Source: Sedimentisphaerales bacterium (GTDB lineage: Bacteria > Planctomycetota > Phycisphaerae > Sedimentisphaerales > SM23-30). Taken from it: a stretch of 64,000 nt of DNA. The stretch's first letter is position 1. Each line of letters starts with the position of its first letter. The position numbers and the translations under genes are program-made. The DNA is taken from positions 128,001-192,000 of the forward strand of contig CAXXMR010000003.1 of NCBI GenBank assembly GCA_963663805.2, read 5' to 3'. The notes beneath the pieces are model-generated. The model was not told the DNA's origin and did no database searches. It saw only the letters and a program-made list of their open reading frames with translations. Positions 40,963 through 52,069 of the stretch are shown in pieces.

Positions 40963-42318
40963 TTAAGCGACTACGACCTTATTTTTGTGCCTCATTTTTC
41001 TGAAAACCAGGAATATTCGGCAGTTTAATATGTAAATCCATTCCCATTCGGTCGGCGCAGGCAAAAAGGCGGCCAGTAATTTGCGGATATTGGCTCCGAT
41101 ACCGGCCAACAGTGCATTGATTCGGTCGCCCTCTTTGCCTTTCAGGAAGTTTCGATCCATTCGGTTGTCACTTTTCATATGTCCGATCTTTGGTTCTACT
41201 GCGGACCGCCGTTTCTTTCGTTTTCGCAGGGCCGGGCCGGCTTGGCCGCGACCTCGTTGGCCGGTGATGTATATGTGAGTGTCGCCATTATAACCATGGC
41301 CGCGATAGCCCTTATCAACGAACGCTTCTTTGGTAGATTTACCGGTAATTCGTTCGACCTGTTCAATAGCGTTCGCCAGCGTATGGCCGTCATAAGGATT
41401 GCCGTGCAAAGCCTGAACGCCGACGATCCAGTTACTTTCATTGGTGGCGGCAACGCTGACTTTACAGCCAAACTCATAAGGTTTATGGGCTTTGCCTTTG
41501 CTGATACATTCAACTTCCGGAGCATCGATACTGTAGAGCTTATTTTTACTTTTACGCTGCTGAGCCAAAAGTTTTTCGGCACGGTTGAGGAATTCCTGAA
41601 GTTGAGAATCGATGATAGCCGCCTTGCGGGTAATATCGCGAACCACCCGACCTAATAATGTACGCAATGTTTTTGTACAACGTCGAGCACGTTTAAACTG
41701 TCTGGCATGGGCGTAACGGCCTTGCTGCTTTAAGAGTTGAGGGGCTTTACGAATGTAGGTCTGGCGTAATCGAATTCCACGTTGTTTGCAAAGATTCACC
41801 AGCCGTAACAGCATCTTGGTATAAAGGCGGGCATCGGTCGGAAAGGAAATCGCTTTTTCCTGAACCGTCGTATCCACCGTGATTTTAGACAACTGCTGAG
41901 GAGTAACCTGTTTGTGCGATAGAGCCAGACGGATGGTCTCAGCCAACAGCTTTTCAAGATTGTCAGCACCAACACGCTGACGCCATTTAACCATGCTGGT
42001 CGGATGAATTGGACAAGTGTGCTGCAGATATTCAAAACCGCAGAAGTACTGCCAGTAAGGATTCTCAACCCAACGGGCAATTACCGATTCATCAGATTCG
42101 TCAAAGGCATGCTTGAGATAGTGCAAACCAACCATCAAACGAATCGCATTGCCGGGACGACCCATCTCCGCGCTGTAACAATCAGCGAAGTGGGCATCCA
42201 GACCCGGCCAATCAATCGTGTCGGCCAAACGGCATAATTCGTGGTCCAGATTGAGAATCTGTTTGAAGTGAGCCTGAAACAGCTCAAATTGATTCGAGGG
42301 AGTCGTTTTGGACTTCAT
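40963..42318 (-). CDS. IS5-family transposase
   Basis: WVENPYWQYFCG, VDTTV, YEFG.K, VDKGYRG, RRSAVEP.IGHMK. Confidence 0.93.
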   Translation of the reverse strand: MKSKTTPSNQFELFQAHFKQILNLDHELCRLADTIDWPGLDAHFADCYSAEMGRPGNAIRLMVGLHYLKHAFDESDESVIARWVENPYWQYFCGFEYLQHTCPIHPTSMVKWRQRVGADNLEKLLAETIRLALSHKQVTPQQLSKITVDTTVQEKAISFPTDARLYTKMLLRLVNLCKQRGIRLRQTYIRKAPQLLKQQGRYAHARQFKRARRCTKTLRTLLGRVVRDITRKAAIIDSQLQEFLNRAEKLLAQQRKSKNKLYSIDAPEVECISKGKAHKPYEFGCKVSVAATNESNWIVGVQALHGNPYDGHTLANAIEQVERITGKSTKEAFVDKGYRGHGYNGDTHIYITGQRGRGQAGPALRKRKKRRSAVEPKIGHMKSDNRMDRNFLKGKEGDRINALLAGIGANIRKLLAAFLPAPTEWEWIYILNCRIFLVFRKMRHKNKVVVA

Positions 42319-42401
42319 CTTTTGTATCCATATTGCAAGGTTCTGAAAGGCATTCCATAGCTTACCTGCAATATTATACCACACATTTTACATATAAAAT
42401 A

Positions 42402-43850
42402 CAATCCTGTTCGGCACATTTATTGCTCAAATACAGTTTTTCTGTGGTCTTTGCAGTTCATATGATTTAGCGGGGATTATCCCTCAGTGGGACTGTCGGC
42501 ACTGGTTATTTTGGCGCAGCATCAGCGGCAGCGGCGATTTTTTTGAGGATCGGCCTTAGTTTTGGCTTTGGAGTTTATTGATATGGTTCTGCATTTCTTG
42601 CTCGTCGGCCATGCCGCAGAGGTGCCAGCAGAGCATTTCGTAGGTTCTTAAAGTTGGTTTTTTGCCCGTCCACAGGCTGATCAGCATACAGGCGATAATC
42701 GCGGCGTACATCTGTAGTTCGATACCGTTTTCGCAGAGGCTTAGCAGATGTCGGCAGCCCAGCACATGCTTAAAAAAGCGGAAAAATATTTCGATGGCCC
42801 AGCGTTTCTGATAGAGCAGGGCAATGACTTCGGCGTCCAGGTCCAGCCGGTCGGTGGCAATCAAAATCATCTCACTCTGACGTGGTCCCTGGCCCCGTTT
42901 CAAATGCGGTTGACATTCAACCGCTATCAGGCGTAACGGTTGTTTGAAATCTTCCCGCAGTTTTTCACTGCTGCCGGCGATTACCGTACGATCAAAAATT
43001 ATCCCCGCTTTTCGAGCATCTTCAGTTAAAGGTTTTTCCTGAATAGTTTCGTAAACCGTATCCTCACGCAGCCGACAGACAAAAGAGCTTTTACTATCCA
43101 CAATGGCCTGAAACAGCTTAAAACAGGCATATCCGCGATCATTGACATAAATCCGGCCGGGCTGAAGATTCTCTAAAAAAACCTTTCGCTCATCAGACTT
43201 GTCTTCACTGATATTTATTTTCAGAGGCACATATTTTTCCAGATCAAACTGAGTGTGTGCTTTAATTCCGGGTTTGTCGGTGTCCCAGGCAGCCTGAGTG
43301 AGTTTTTGCAAAGCCTGAATACTGCTGCCGTCCACCAGGGTAATGACCTGACCGACTTCCAGTTTTTTGTCCTGAGATATCGGCCCTAACTGCTCAGTGA
43401 GTTGAGCGATTATCGGCTCTAACAAAGAACTCTCAAAAACCCGGGATGCTTCCGAAAGCGAACCCAGCGAAGCACGCGAACAACCCAACAGCCGCTGTAC
43501 CTTTTTGAGCTCGCCGGCCTGCTGCAAAGACCGGATGGAACTGCAGATCGGATTGAACATGTATAACAGCAGCAGACTGACATACTGGTCCATGAATAAT
43601 GTGCGATTGCCGGCCCGGTCCCGCTCACATCCCGCCGAGTGAAGACCTTTCAGCAGAGCCGAGAGGGACTTGAAATACTTGAACCCACGCAGGTCCCGCT
43701 CCTTGATTTTCTGACGCTTAGCACTCATGCCTCCTATTAGAGCATAAATATCCCTCGAGCGCAAATTACCTATCTTAACATTTCGGGTTTTTTTAAAAAA
43801 AAATACAGGAGGCCAAAAGCCTAAAGCAATAAATGTGCCGAACAGGATTG
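42402..43850 (-). mobile_element. IS4-family element, copy 2 (intact)
   Basis: Same 26-bp TIR as copy 1; 9-bp TSD TATAAAATA (42393-42401, 43851-43859). Confidence 0.95.
42556..43728 (-). CDS. IS4 DDE transposase
   Basis: Uninterrupted version of 4757-5930. Confidence 0.93.
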   Translation of the reverse strand: MSAKRQKIKERDLRGFKYFKSLSALLKGLHSAGCERDRAGNRTLFMDQYVSLLLLYMFNPICSSIRSLQQAGELKKVQRLLGCSRASLGSLSEASRVFESSLLEPIIAQLTEQLGPISQDKKLEVGQVITLVDGSSIQALQKLTQAAWDTDKPGIKAHTQFDLEKYVPLKINISEDKSDERKVFLENLQPGRIYVNDRGYACFKLFQAIVDSKSSFVCRLREDTVYETIQEKPLTEDARKAGIIFDRTVIAGSSEKLREDFKQPLRLIAVECQPHLKRGQGPRQSEMILIATDRLDLDAEVIALLYQKRWAIEIFFRFFKHVLGCRHLLSLCENGIELQMYAAIIACMLISLWTGKKPTLRTYEMLCWHLCGMADEQEMQNHINKLQSQN

Positions 43851-44053
43851 TATAAAATACGCAAAAATAAGAACTTAAAACTTTTTCCGGGAAGACTATT
43901 TAGGCCTATATCTGTTATGTTAAAATACCGTATTAACCACGATTGACAAGGGACGCTCACTTTGTGTATAATACCCGGGCTCGAATGGGAGTTTTCGGTT
44001 TGGGTGCATAACTTGCGATTTATCAATATATTACGCCTGAAAGGGGGTAAGCC

Positions 44054-46351
44054 TTGAACTTTAAGTCAGTGGTTTTTATACTAACTTTGTCTCTATCCGT
44101 TTGGGCTGGTAATTATTCTGGTGGTGACGGCACCACGGTCACTCCCTATCAAATTTCTACTTCCGTCGATTGGCAGGAACTGACCTACCCTCCCACAGGC
44201 TGGTCAGGCAACTTTGTCTTGACCAAAGACGTTGACCTATCTTTACTAACGTCACTTACACCCGATACCATAACTTACTCAGGTTTTACCAAAATTTCAT
44301 TATTGGAAAATACAGCAGGGGCTATCCAGATAGAAATCTATAGCCTTGTTGCTCGAACCATTAACTGGACTGTTACCGGTGCGGAATCGTGTTCATGGAT
44401 TGCCGACGTCAATCCTGACACCGGAATCGTCAGCCCCTCAGTGACTGCCGCTGTAATCATCAGTATCGATCCTAATGGCCTGACCCCCGGAAACTACTCT
44501 ACCGAACTATCATTAAACCCGGATACCGGTAATTCTGTCCCCATACCAATTTATTTGTATGTCACTGACGAACAGGAAACCTTCCATTATATTGGATTCC
44601 GATTTAGCAATGAAACAACCGCATACCCTGTGGTGGCAATAGATCCAAATTCTCAAAGATATGTTTTTGTCTGGCAGGATTTTGATAATCAGGATAGTGA
44701 TAATTTATCCATATACGCCTCTATTTTTGATTATGACCAGAGATGGATTGTTATCCGCCAGGGTATAGAGGATCAATATGGCGTCGATTGTAATACTCCT
44801 GCGATCTCCATTAATTCTCACAGCAAATTCGTAACCGCTTGGTCCAGCCCCGACAGCGACGAAAATGGTATTTACGCGCGTTTAATGAATATCGACGCGA
44901 ATTCACTTACAGAGGTGTTCCCTGTTAACGACATTACCGTTGGTCAACAACTAAACCCACAGGTCGCGATGAACGACCAGGGGCGAATCGCTGCGGTATG
45001 GACTAGTGGCCAAGATTATCAGTGGAAAATAGCAGGCCGGTTATTCGACGATATCGGACATCCGCTGGGTTCCGAATTTGATGTTACCACCGAGCCTAAC
45101 AGTATTTCTCCCAAAGTTGCCATGCACAGCGACGGTAGTTTCGCTGTTACTTGGATAACTCAATCTGGCCTTTCTGAATACAAACTTGGTTTACAGATTT
45201 TCGATCCTAACGGCGACCCCGAGCCCAATGCGGTATATATTCAGGAAACCAACTACGAACTTGCCTCACCCGATATCGATATGATGAGTGATGGTTCGAT
45301 GATAGTCGTATGGGGCGCGGCGCCATCAGTCGTTACCGATAGTGAAATTTACGCCCAGCGGTTCGATCTCAACGGCAATGCCCTTACGAGTGTTTTTATT
45401 GTCAATGAATATAGTTTTGGCCGACAGGAATTGCCTTCAGTTTCAGTTTCTCAGGATGATGATTTTATAATTGTCTGGCAAAGTGAAGAAGCAGACGGCA
45501 ACGACTTCGGAATCTGTGGCCGAAAATATACTCCCGATGCAACCGCTTATGATTCCGAATTCACTATCAATACTTACTATTATCGCAAACAGCATCACCC
45601 TGATGTTGCTTACAATGGTGGCGATAACTTCCTGGCTGCCTGGATACACGATGAGCAGCTCTGTTGGGATGATTATGGTGAGACAGTCTGCCGAGATACT
45701 CCACATGTTCATGCTCAGGCAGGCCTAAAACCTTACTTATCATGTTCATGTCAAGGAACAGACCTGACCAGCGATGGCTATATTGACTTCAATGACCTGA
45801 TTGCCCTCGCGGAAAAATGGCTGACCTGGCATAGTGATTTTTCACATATTGGCAATGCTGACGGTCAAATAGATATGGCCGATTTCACCGGGCTCAACTT
45901 TTATTTGAATACATGCTGTAAGGATCTGCATCCGTCGATTGCTGAAGCCTATAAACCTTATTGTCAGGCAAGATTAAGAAATATCGGAATATCTATCATC
46001 CTTTATCAAAATCAGAATCGTGACCAAAACCCGCCAGATTTAGATACGCTTATTTTAGAGACAGATCTGTCGCCGGAAAAATTAACCTGCCCCTTGGACT
46101 GCCCGGACATCGACGGAGAAAGTTATGCCTATCGTGGTGCTGACCTCAACGCATCGGCCCACTCGGATTTAATTTTAGCATACGACAAATACGAAAACCA
46201 CGGTGACCAGTCCAGAAATGTCTTGTTTGCAAACTGCCGTGTCGAAACCATGACCGAAGCTGAATTCCAGGCCGCTATCGATTGGGACAATGAATATCGC
46301 CGCAACACCTATAACCTCGCAGAAAAACCGGTTCCCTGGGGCGGCAACTAA
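44054..46351 (+). CDS. Secreted multidomain protein (BACON-like, repeats, dockerin-like, C-terminal H-X9-DG-like)
   Basis: Signal peptide; SGGDGT...PYQI; DLTSDGYIDFNDL...W EF-hand-like pair; C..RLRNIG.....Y...NVLFANCRV. TTGACA-18-TATAAT upstream. Confidence 0.75.
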   Translation: MNFKSVVFILTLSLSVWAGNYSGGDGTTVTPYQISTSVDWQELTYPPTGWSGNFVLTKDVDLSLLTSLTPDTITYSGFTKISLLENTAGAIQIEIYSLVARTINWTVTGAESCSWIADVNPDTGIVSPSVTAAVIISIDPNGLTPGNYSTELSLNPDTGNSVPIPIYLYVTDEQETFHYIGFRFSNETTAYPVVAIDPNSQRYVFVWQDFDNQDSDNLSIYASIFDYDQRWIVIRQGIEDQYGVDCNTPAISINSHSKFVTAWSSPDSDENGIYARLMNIDANSLTEVFPVNDITVGQQLNPQVAMNDQGRIAAVWTSGQDYQWKIAGRLFDDIGHPLGSEFDVTTEPNSISPKVAMHSDGSFAVTWITQSGLSEYKLGLQIFDPNGDPEPNAVYIQETNYELASPDIDMMSDGSMIVVWGAAPSVVTDSEIYAQRFDLNGNALTSVFIVNEYSFGRQELPSVSVSQDDDFIIVWQSEEADGNDFGICGRKYTPDATAYDSEFTINTYYYRKQHHPDVAYNGGDNFLAAWIHDEQLCWDDYGETVCRDTPHVHAQAGLKPYLSCSCQGTDLTSDGYIDFNDLIALAEKWLTWHSDFSHIGNADGQIDMADFTGLNFYLNTCCKDLHPSIAEAYKPYCQARLRNIGISIILYQNQNRDQNPPDLDTLILETDLSPEKLTCPLDCPDIDGESYAYRGADLNASAHSDLILAYDKYENHGDQSRNVLFANCRVETMTEAEFQAAIDWDNEYRRNTYNLAEKPVPWGGN

Positions 46352-47355
46352 CCTTGGAATGATCGCCCCTTATAGCCAGCAAATCTTCTCGGATATTAAA
46401 ACGGAAGATATAAAATGTCATAACTATCCGAAGAATTCCGAAATCCACACCTTTCGGGGTCAACCCGGGATAAGGGTTTGTTAAGCGGAACCGCAAAATT
46501 TGGGCGAAAACCAAGGTGCCATCAGAGAGCAAAAAAACGTAGAGCGCCGGTCAAGAATTTCCAGAGAGGTTCCGAGAGTCTGGCCAGGAAAACCATTGTT
46601 TTTGGTGGGCGAGTTTGGCGACAGTTCGCCAAAATAGAGTTATTGCGAGTAATTGCCAACTTTGCAAAAAGAAGCCAACTGGGCGTAAAAGTGGCGTAAC
46701 AGCGGTATTTCAACGCAAAAAGCCCACCGGCTATCACCAGCGGGCCCTCCATCGTCTGTAAAGCAAACAGGCCCGGAATTTCCGGGCCTGCTCGATATTC
46801 CCTCCCCAAAACATACGAATTTCGGAATTGCTAAAATGATTAACGGCCATGTGTCCAACTCGGGACCCCGAAGCCAACCAAAAAAGCCTGCGCTCTATGT
46901 TTTATAAATCCTTATAAATAAATACCTTATGCCACACTCGCGTTTTTGCGTTATTTTGTCTCATTTTTCACGCAACCATCTCGGCGTACCAAGAATTATT
47001 CACTTTGCCTTGGTTTTCCAGAGGTCCACCGCCTCAAGCGGCACTTGTAGCCCAAATATACCTCAATATTCGCTAACCTTGTTAACTAGCGGGTTAACGA
47101 TCTGCAGTGTAATTCTAATCGGTGTGTCGTAAGTTTGCAAGCTATCCATTGCTTGACATGCCCGATAACAGTATTACATACTACACAAAGGGCATTGCCT
47201 ACTACGAGATTACATTTTTCTTGTTTTAATAACAAGTTTTTTTGGCTATTATGCCAGTCCAATTTATAAAGAAATTGATCTTTTTTAGAAAAATAAATGA
47301 ACGACGCTTGACTTTACATCAAATCGAATACATAATGTACTCGTGAGGATCAAGA

Positions 47356-47661
47356 ATGAGAATCATTGCTAAGCCGATACTGATCGAATATTGGACAAAA
47401 CACCGCCGAGAAAAAACTTCTTTAGAAAATTGGTACAAGGTCGTCCAAAAGGCGAATTGGACAAAGCCAGACGATATTAAACGGACGTTTAACAGCGTTG
47501 ATCCATATCGAAAGGATAACCGGCTTTATCATATATTTGATGTTGGCGGCAACAATACACGGGTGCTTGTGAACATCCATTTTAATACAAGGATTGTTTA
47601 TATCCGGCAGATAATGACGCATAACGAGTATAGCAAAGAAAAATGGAAAGAAACCCTCTAA
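47356..47661 (+). CDS. higB: HigB toxin
   Basis: MRIIA...L.NWY.....A.W....DIK..F.SVD...FDVGGN..R...THNEY; TTGACT-17-CATAAT upstream. Confidence 0.88.
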   Translation: MRIIAKPILIEYWTKHRREKTSLENWYKVVQKANWTKPDDIKRTFNSVDPYRKDNRLYHIFDVGGNNTRVLVNIHFNTRIVYIRQIMTHNEYSKEKWKETL

Positions 47662-47678
47662 AGCATGAGGATATATTA

Positions 47679-48092
47679 ATGGCAACAGCAGCAATTAAAA
47701 AGATACCGACTGACTGGAAAGAGTTAGTTGCACAACTCTATCTGCTAAAACCGATACGCACACGGGGAGATTATAATCGTGTGATGCATATCATTGAGAT
47801 GTTGGCGGGACGAACAAACCTGAACACTGACCAAGAAGCCTATCTGGAAAGTCTTTCGATTCTCGTTGAGGCGTACGAAAAAGAGCATTTTGAGATTGAG
47901 CCGAAAAGTACCCCACTGGAAACGCTGAAGTTTCTGCTCAAGCAGAATGGTTTAAACGGCTCAGATCTAGGGCGAATTTTAGGGCAGCGTCAAGTGGGTT
48001 CTAAAATCCTGAGAGGCGAGCGAAATTTAAGCAAGGCGCACATAAAAACGCTGGCAGAACATTTCTCGGTTGACTCCAGCTTGTTTTTGTAA
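47679..48092 (+). CDS. higA: HigA antitoxin (HTH)
   Basis: KPIRT..DY...YE..HF...L.FL..Q.GL...DL...LG.....S.IL.G.R.LS..HI..LA..F. Confidence 0.88.
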   Translation: MATAAIKKIPTDWKELVAQLYLLKPIRTRGDYNRVMHIIEMLAGRTNLNTDQEAYLESLSILVEAYEKEHFEIEPKSTPLETLKFLLKQNGLNGSDLGRILGQRQVGSKILRGERNLSKAHIKTLAEHFSVDSSLFL

Positions 48093-48164
48093 TCCAGCTC
48101 TATGAGCGGCTGTGTGAATATATGGGTACCACGGCCTGCATCATGTCTACAGACGGGTAGCCTA

Positions 48165-48779
48165 ATGCATCCTTTTCCAACAGACCCTAAGAAAATCAAA
48201 CAACGCATCAGACGTTATGAACGAAGTCTGAGGGGCGAGAATTCTATATATGGTGATCGTGATGGTTACGGCAAAAGGTTTTTACTTGGCCCTCTTTATT
48301 TTTTGCTGGGAAATACCCAAGAGACCTTAGAGCATTACGAATGGTATCAAAAAAACTACCCGGGAGATTCTGGTTTCGCTTTGAATTTCCTGTGTTGGGC
48401 GATCACATTATTCCGTCATGGAAATCGTGAAGAAGCCGAAAAGAAATTTATAAACACCATGCTGTCAAACATTCACCTAATCCCATATATATTGGGACAC
48501 GAAACACCTTCTCTGGATTCATGGGAGGATCGGTATTTTAACGAGTTAATGGAGATCGAAAACTTTCCTCATGAAATTCTCGAATGTATTACAAGCGAAG
48601 AAATGGAATGGGTATCCACAGTTTATAACAGTTCAAAAATAACGTCCATCCGCAAGGCATACACCACTATTGATGACCAGCTGGAACATCTTCCACGAGG
48701 AGAGAAAAGGGCGAAATTATGTAACGAACTTTTTAAAATAAGGGCTCTGGATTTCAGCGGAATAAATCTTCCAGAATAG
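48165..48779 (+). CDS. Hypothetical helical (TPR-like) protein
   Basis: ORF of about 204 aa; DGYGKR motif. Confidence 0.6.
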   Translation: MHPFPTDPKKIKQRIRRYERSLRGENSIYGDRDGYGKRFLLGPLYFLLGNTQETLEHYEWYQKNYPGDSGFALNFLCWAITLFRHGNREEAEKKFINTMLSNIHLIPYILGHETPSLDSWEDRYFNELMEIENFPHEILECITSEEMEWVSTVYNSSKITSIRKAYTTIDDQLEHLPRGEKRAKLCNELFKIRALDFSGINLPE

Positions 48780-48920
48780 ACTTGCCCCACTCAAAAATTC
48801 ATGCTTGTTGAAATCTAGTAAGCTGCCGATAGGAAAGCTTGCAGTTTTATCAGTGAAACATATGACGGATTTATATGGGTGTTTAAGGGCGATCAATATC
48901 AAACAACCGAAGTGGAAAGC

Positions 48921-50114
48921 ATGTATCACAACATCGAGACCCTCAGCATTGTTATTTCCTATCTCATCAAAGCCGTAGTATTAACCACTCAATTTTCCGG
49001 CCAGGCCAGAAAACGCCAACTGAAGCGAGTAGCCCAAATGGATATTGACGAAAAGGATAAGGAAATATTCTTTCTTCGTGACAAAGTTTATCAGCAGGCC
49101 ATCCAAATCAGCATACTACAAAAAGGCTTGAAGAAAAAAGACACCAACAAACGCTATACGCTTGACGAGAAATTGTTCATCCTGAATTACGTTGAAGCTT
49201 TTCAGATTCCCAGGAACAAGCTCTCTGAGTATGTCGGCATCGCCAAATCAACTTACTATCGCTGGATGCGCAATATTGAAACCCAAGTCAAACAGAGGAT
49301 ACCTGCAAACAAAACTCCTTCCGAGATCGCCGCATTAGTCTGGGAGATTGCCAAGAATAATACCAACTGGGGCAGAGTGAGGATAGCCAGCCAACTGGTC
49401 TTGCTGAAAGTTTTTATTTCAGCTTCCACCGTCAGAAATATCCTCAATCGTCCTCAACCCAGAAATCCTCAAACACCTCCAGGCAAGCAGCAGGCCGAAG
49501 AACAAACGCAAGAGCGATCTATCCCTGCTTGGTATCCCAATCATGTCTGGTCAATTGACAACACGTCAGTGTTTTGCTGGGGGCTCTGGGAAATCCATGT
49601 TTGCCTGATTATCGATCATTACTCGCGAAAGATTATGGCCGTTGCTCCGCTGGAAGGTAGAAACGCCGGTTGGGTATGCGAACTATTGGGTAACACCATC
49701 GAAAAATATGGACCACCCAAACACATCATCTCCGATCAGGGCAGCGTTTTCATTAGCCAGGCTTTCAATGATTTATTGGGAGATCACATCAAACACCGCT
49801 ATGGAGCCATCGGCAAACATGGCTCAATTGCCGTGACGGAAAGAGCCAATAAAACTCTAAAATACGAATGGCTCAAAAGAGTCGTACTCATCAGAGGATT
49901 CAACCATCTGGATGATCTCTGTGGCGAATTCCAAACCTGGTACAACCAATGGCGTCCCCACATGTCACTTGATGGCTTAAGGCCGGATGATGTATTCTAT
50001 GGCAACAAACCAGAAATGCTTGGCCATGATGCTAAAGAAGTGCCGCCCAATATTGAGCAACGGTATTTCAGCCAAACCCGAACAATGGGCTATCGGCTAA
50101 AACAGTCTGCTTGA
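48921..50114 (+). CDS. rve-type DDE transposase/integrase (IS481/IS3-like)
   Basis: HTH, WG..RIA, WSID, IDHYSRK, ISDQGS.F, ER..KTLK.E, YN..RPH.SL. Confidence 0.85.
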   Translation: MYHNIETLSIVISYLIKAVVLTTQFSGQARKRQLKRVAQMDIDEKDKEIFFLRDKVYQQAIQISILQKGLKKKDTNKRYTLDEKLFILNYVEAFQIPRNKLSEYVGIAKSTYYRWMRNIETQVKQRIPANKTPSEIAALVWEIAKNNTNWGRVRIASQLVLLKVFISASTVRNILNRPQPRNPQTPPGKQQAEEQTQERSIPAWYPNHVWSIDNTSVFCWGLWEIHVCLIIDHYSRKIMAVAPLEGRNAGWVCELLGNTIEKYGPPKHIISDQGSVFISQAFNDLLGDHIKHRYGAIGKHGSIAVTERANKTLKYEWLKRVVLIRGFNHLDDLCGEFQTWYNQWRPHMSLDGLRPDDVFYGNKPEMLGHDAKEVPPNIEQRYFSQTRTMGYRLKQSA

Positions 50115-50377
50115 ATTTTGGTCAATCCCGTCCCTCATCAAAAAATACGCATGCGCAGATTTTGTGTTTCACAGGAGAAACGCCCGAAAATCCGACGATT
50201 TACCATTCAGCATCCTTTGATAACGCTGAATCTGAACTCATATAAACTTTTCAAAGAGCAAAATTATCAAATTTCAGCCGCGTTAAAGCGGTATCGCGCT
50301 TGCTTGAACAAATACACCCTTAACTCTTGCCATCGCAAACCTTGCATTAGTTGTCAGCTTTTTGAGATGAGGCCCAA

Positions 50378-51976
50378 TTATTTATCCAGTTTGCGATAGT
50401 TCACATTCAGAGAATCCAGACGCTGGAGGTGTTTTTCTAACCGGCTCCGGAATTCCGGGAAATCTTTGGTCGTGTTGGCTGACCAAGCGATTTCTGCCAA
50501 GGCAATGACGCGTGGATAAGCCATGTACTCGGCTTTCTGTGGTGTGGAAATATATTCAGTCCAAACATTGCCTTGTATGCCTAATATGTATTTTACCTGT
50601 TGGGGCAGAAGTTCTTTGGGGATAGGTTCGTAGGAATATACTTTTTCCAGCGGTAAATTTCCTCCAATAGCCAGTGGTTCATTTTCTTCGGGCCCCTGGT
50701 AATAGTTCAGGTAGCAGTGTTTTGTGGGCGACATTATGACATAATGTTTGGTTTGGGCTGCGGTAATGCCGCCTTTCTCGCCACGCCAGGACATCACCGC
50801 AGCGTTGGGCGAGAGTCCGCCTTCTATGATTTCATCCCACCCGATCAGGGTGCGACCGGCATTATTAATGTATTTTTCCATACGTTTGATAAAGTAGGAC
50901 TGAAGCTCGTGTTCGTCCTTTAGATTTTCGGCTTTTATGCGTGCCTGGCATTTGGCGCATTCTTTCCAGCGATCCTTGGGGCATTCGTCACCACCGACAT
51001 GAATATACTTACCGGGAAAAAGTTCAAAAACTTCATCGAGGACATTTTGTAAGAAGGTAAATGTTTCGTCGTTGCCCGCACAATATACATCTTTGAATAT
51101 GCCCCAGCGAGTGGCAACCTTGTGCGGACCGCCGGTGCAAGATAATTCAGGATACGCGGCAATCGCTGCCAGGCTATGGCCTGGCATTTCGATTTCTGGA
51201 ACGATGCTTATATATCGCTCAGCGGCGTATTGGACGATATTCTTGATTTCCTGTTGAGTGTAAAAGCCACCGTGTCTTTTGCTGTCGAATTTCCAGGGTT
51301 TATTATTTCTGGCGTGACCAATGAGAGTCTCATCTCGCCAGGCGGAGATTTCAGTGAGCTTTGGATATTTCTTTATCTCGATGCGCCAACCTTGGTCTTC
51401 GGTGAGATGCCAGTGGAAGGTATTGAGTTTGTGCAGGGCCATGAGGTCGAGGTATTTCTTGATAAAATCCACAGGCATATAATGACGGCCAACATCGAGA
51501 TGCAGACCACGCCATTTAAAACGGGGAGTATCTTTAATTGTAACGGCTGGTATAGTCCACGCGGTATTTTGTCTGGTTTTTGCATAAACTTCCGGTGGTA
51601 AAAGCTGGAGCAGGGTTTGGATCCCGTAAAAGATGCCCGCTTCAGTTAATGCGATTATGTTTACAGATTTGGGGGTTGATGTCAGGTTGTATGCTTCCGG
51701 GTCAGAGTCGGCATCAGCGATGATTTGAAGGTGAATGTAATTGCTTTGGGGCGGAGTTGCAGAGATTTTTAGATCAAAACCTGTAGCCGGAGCCATTTGG
51801 TTATTCAGGTAGTCAGTGAGCCTTGAAGGGGCAATGATAACAGTGTCGCGATTTAATATAAACTGCCCTTGCAAAACTGCCATTGATTCTGGCTGAGGGA
51901 TTATATGAATCGGCCCAGCAAAAACTTTCAATGTGATCAGGAGTGTTAATGCAATACTAGTACCATAGAATTTCAT
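50378..51976 (-). CDS. GH20 beta-N-acetylhexosaminidase
   Basis: D.PRF.WRG..LD..RH, FHWHLTEDQGWR, PEIEMPGH, HVGGDE, WTE...YPR; signal peptide. Confidence 0.95.
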   Translation of the reverse strand: MKFYGTSIALTLLITLKVFAGPIHIIPQPESMAVLQGQFILNRDTVIIAPSRLTDYLNNQMAPATGFDLKISATPPQSNYIHLQIIADADSDPEAYNLTSTPKSVNIIALTEAGIFYGIQTLLQLLPPEVYAKTRQNTAWTIPAVTIKDTPRFKWRGLHLDVGRHYMPVDFIKKYLDLMALHKLNTFHWHLTEDQGWRIEIKKYPKLTEISAWRDETLIGHARNNKPWKFDSKRHGGFYTQQEIKNIVQYAAERYISIVPEIEMPGHSLAAIAAYPELSCTGGPHKVATRWGIFKDVYCAGNDETFTFLQNVLDEVFELFPGKYIHVGGDECPKDRWKECAKCQARIKAENLKDEHELQSYFIKRMEKYINNAGRTLIGWDEIIEGGLSPNAAVMSWRGEKGGITAAQTKHYVIMSPTKHCYLNYYQGPEENEPLAIGGNLPLEKVYSYEPIPKELLPQQVKYILGIQGNVWTEYISTPQKAEYMAYPRVIALAEIAWSANTTKDFPEFRSRLEKHLQRLDSLNVNYRKLDK

Positions 51977-52069
51977 TTTAACCTCGCTAATATTTTGTCA
52001 TGATTTCGGATTAAAACCTTTATTTTATGCATGGCCGCAATTGCGACGATACACTTATGATCCGTTAGT

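Larger units (their letters stand above)
40942..43896 (-). mobile_element. IS5-family element containing a nested IS4
   Basis: Imperfect TIRs GTCGCCCCTGAAAAAGT / GTCTTCCCGGAAAAAGT; 6-bp TSD TATTTA (40936-40941, 43897-43902). Confidence 0.85.

Noticed and set aside
4635..43850. Composite transposon bounded by the two IS4 copies
   Set aside because: Each copy has its own distinct TSD, so they inserted independently.
46352..47300. About 1-kb region with short ORFs on both strands
   Set aside because: No recognisable motif, RBS pattern or RNA structure I can support.
48780..50377. Exact ends of the rve element (GCCCCACTCAAAAA / TTTTTGAGATGAGGC)
   Set aside because: The inverted repeat is imperfect and no TSD was found; boundaries not called.
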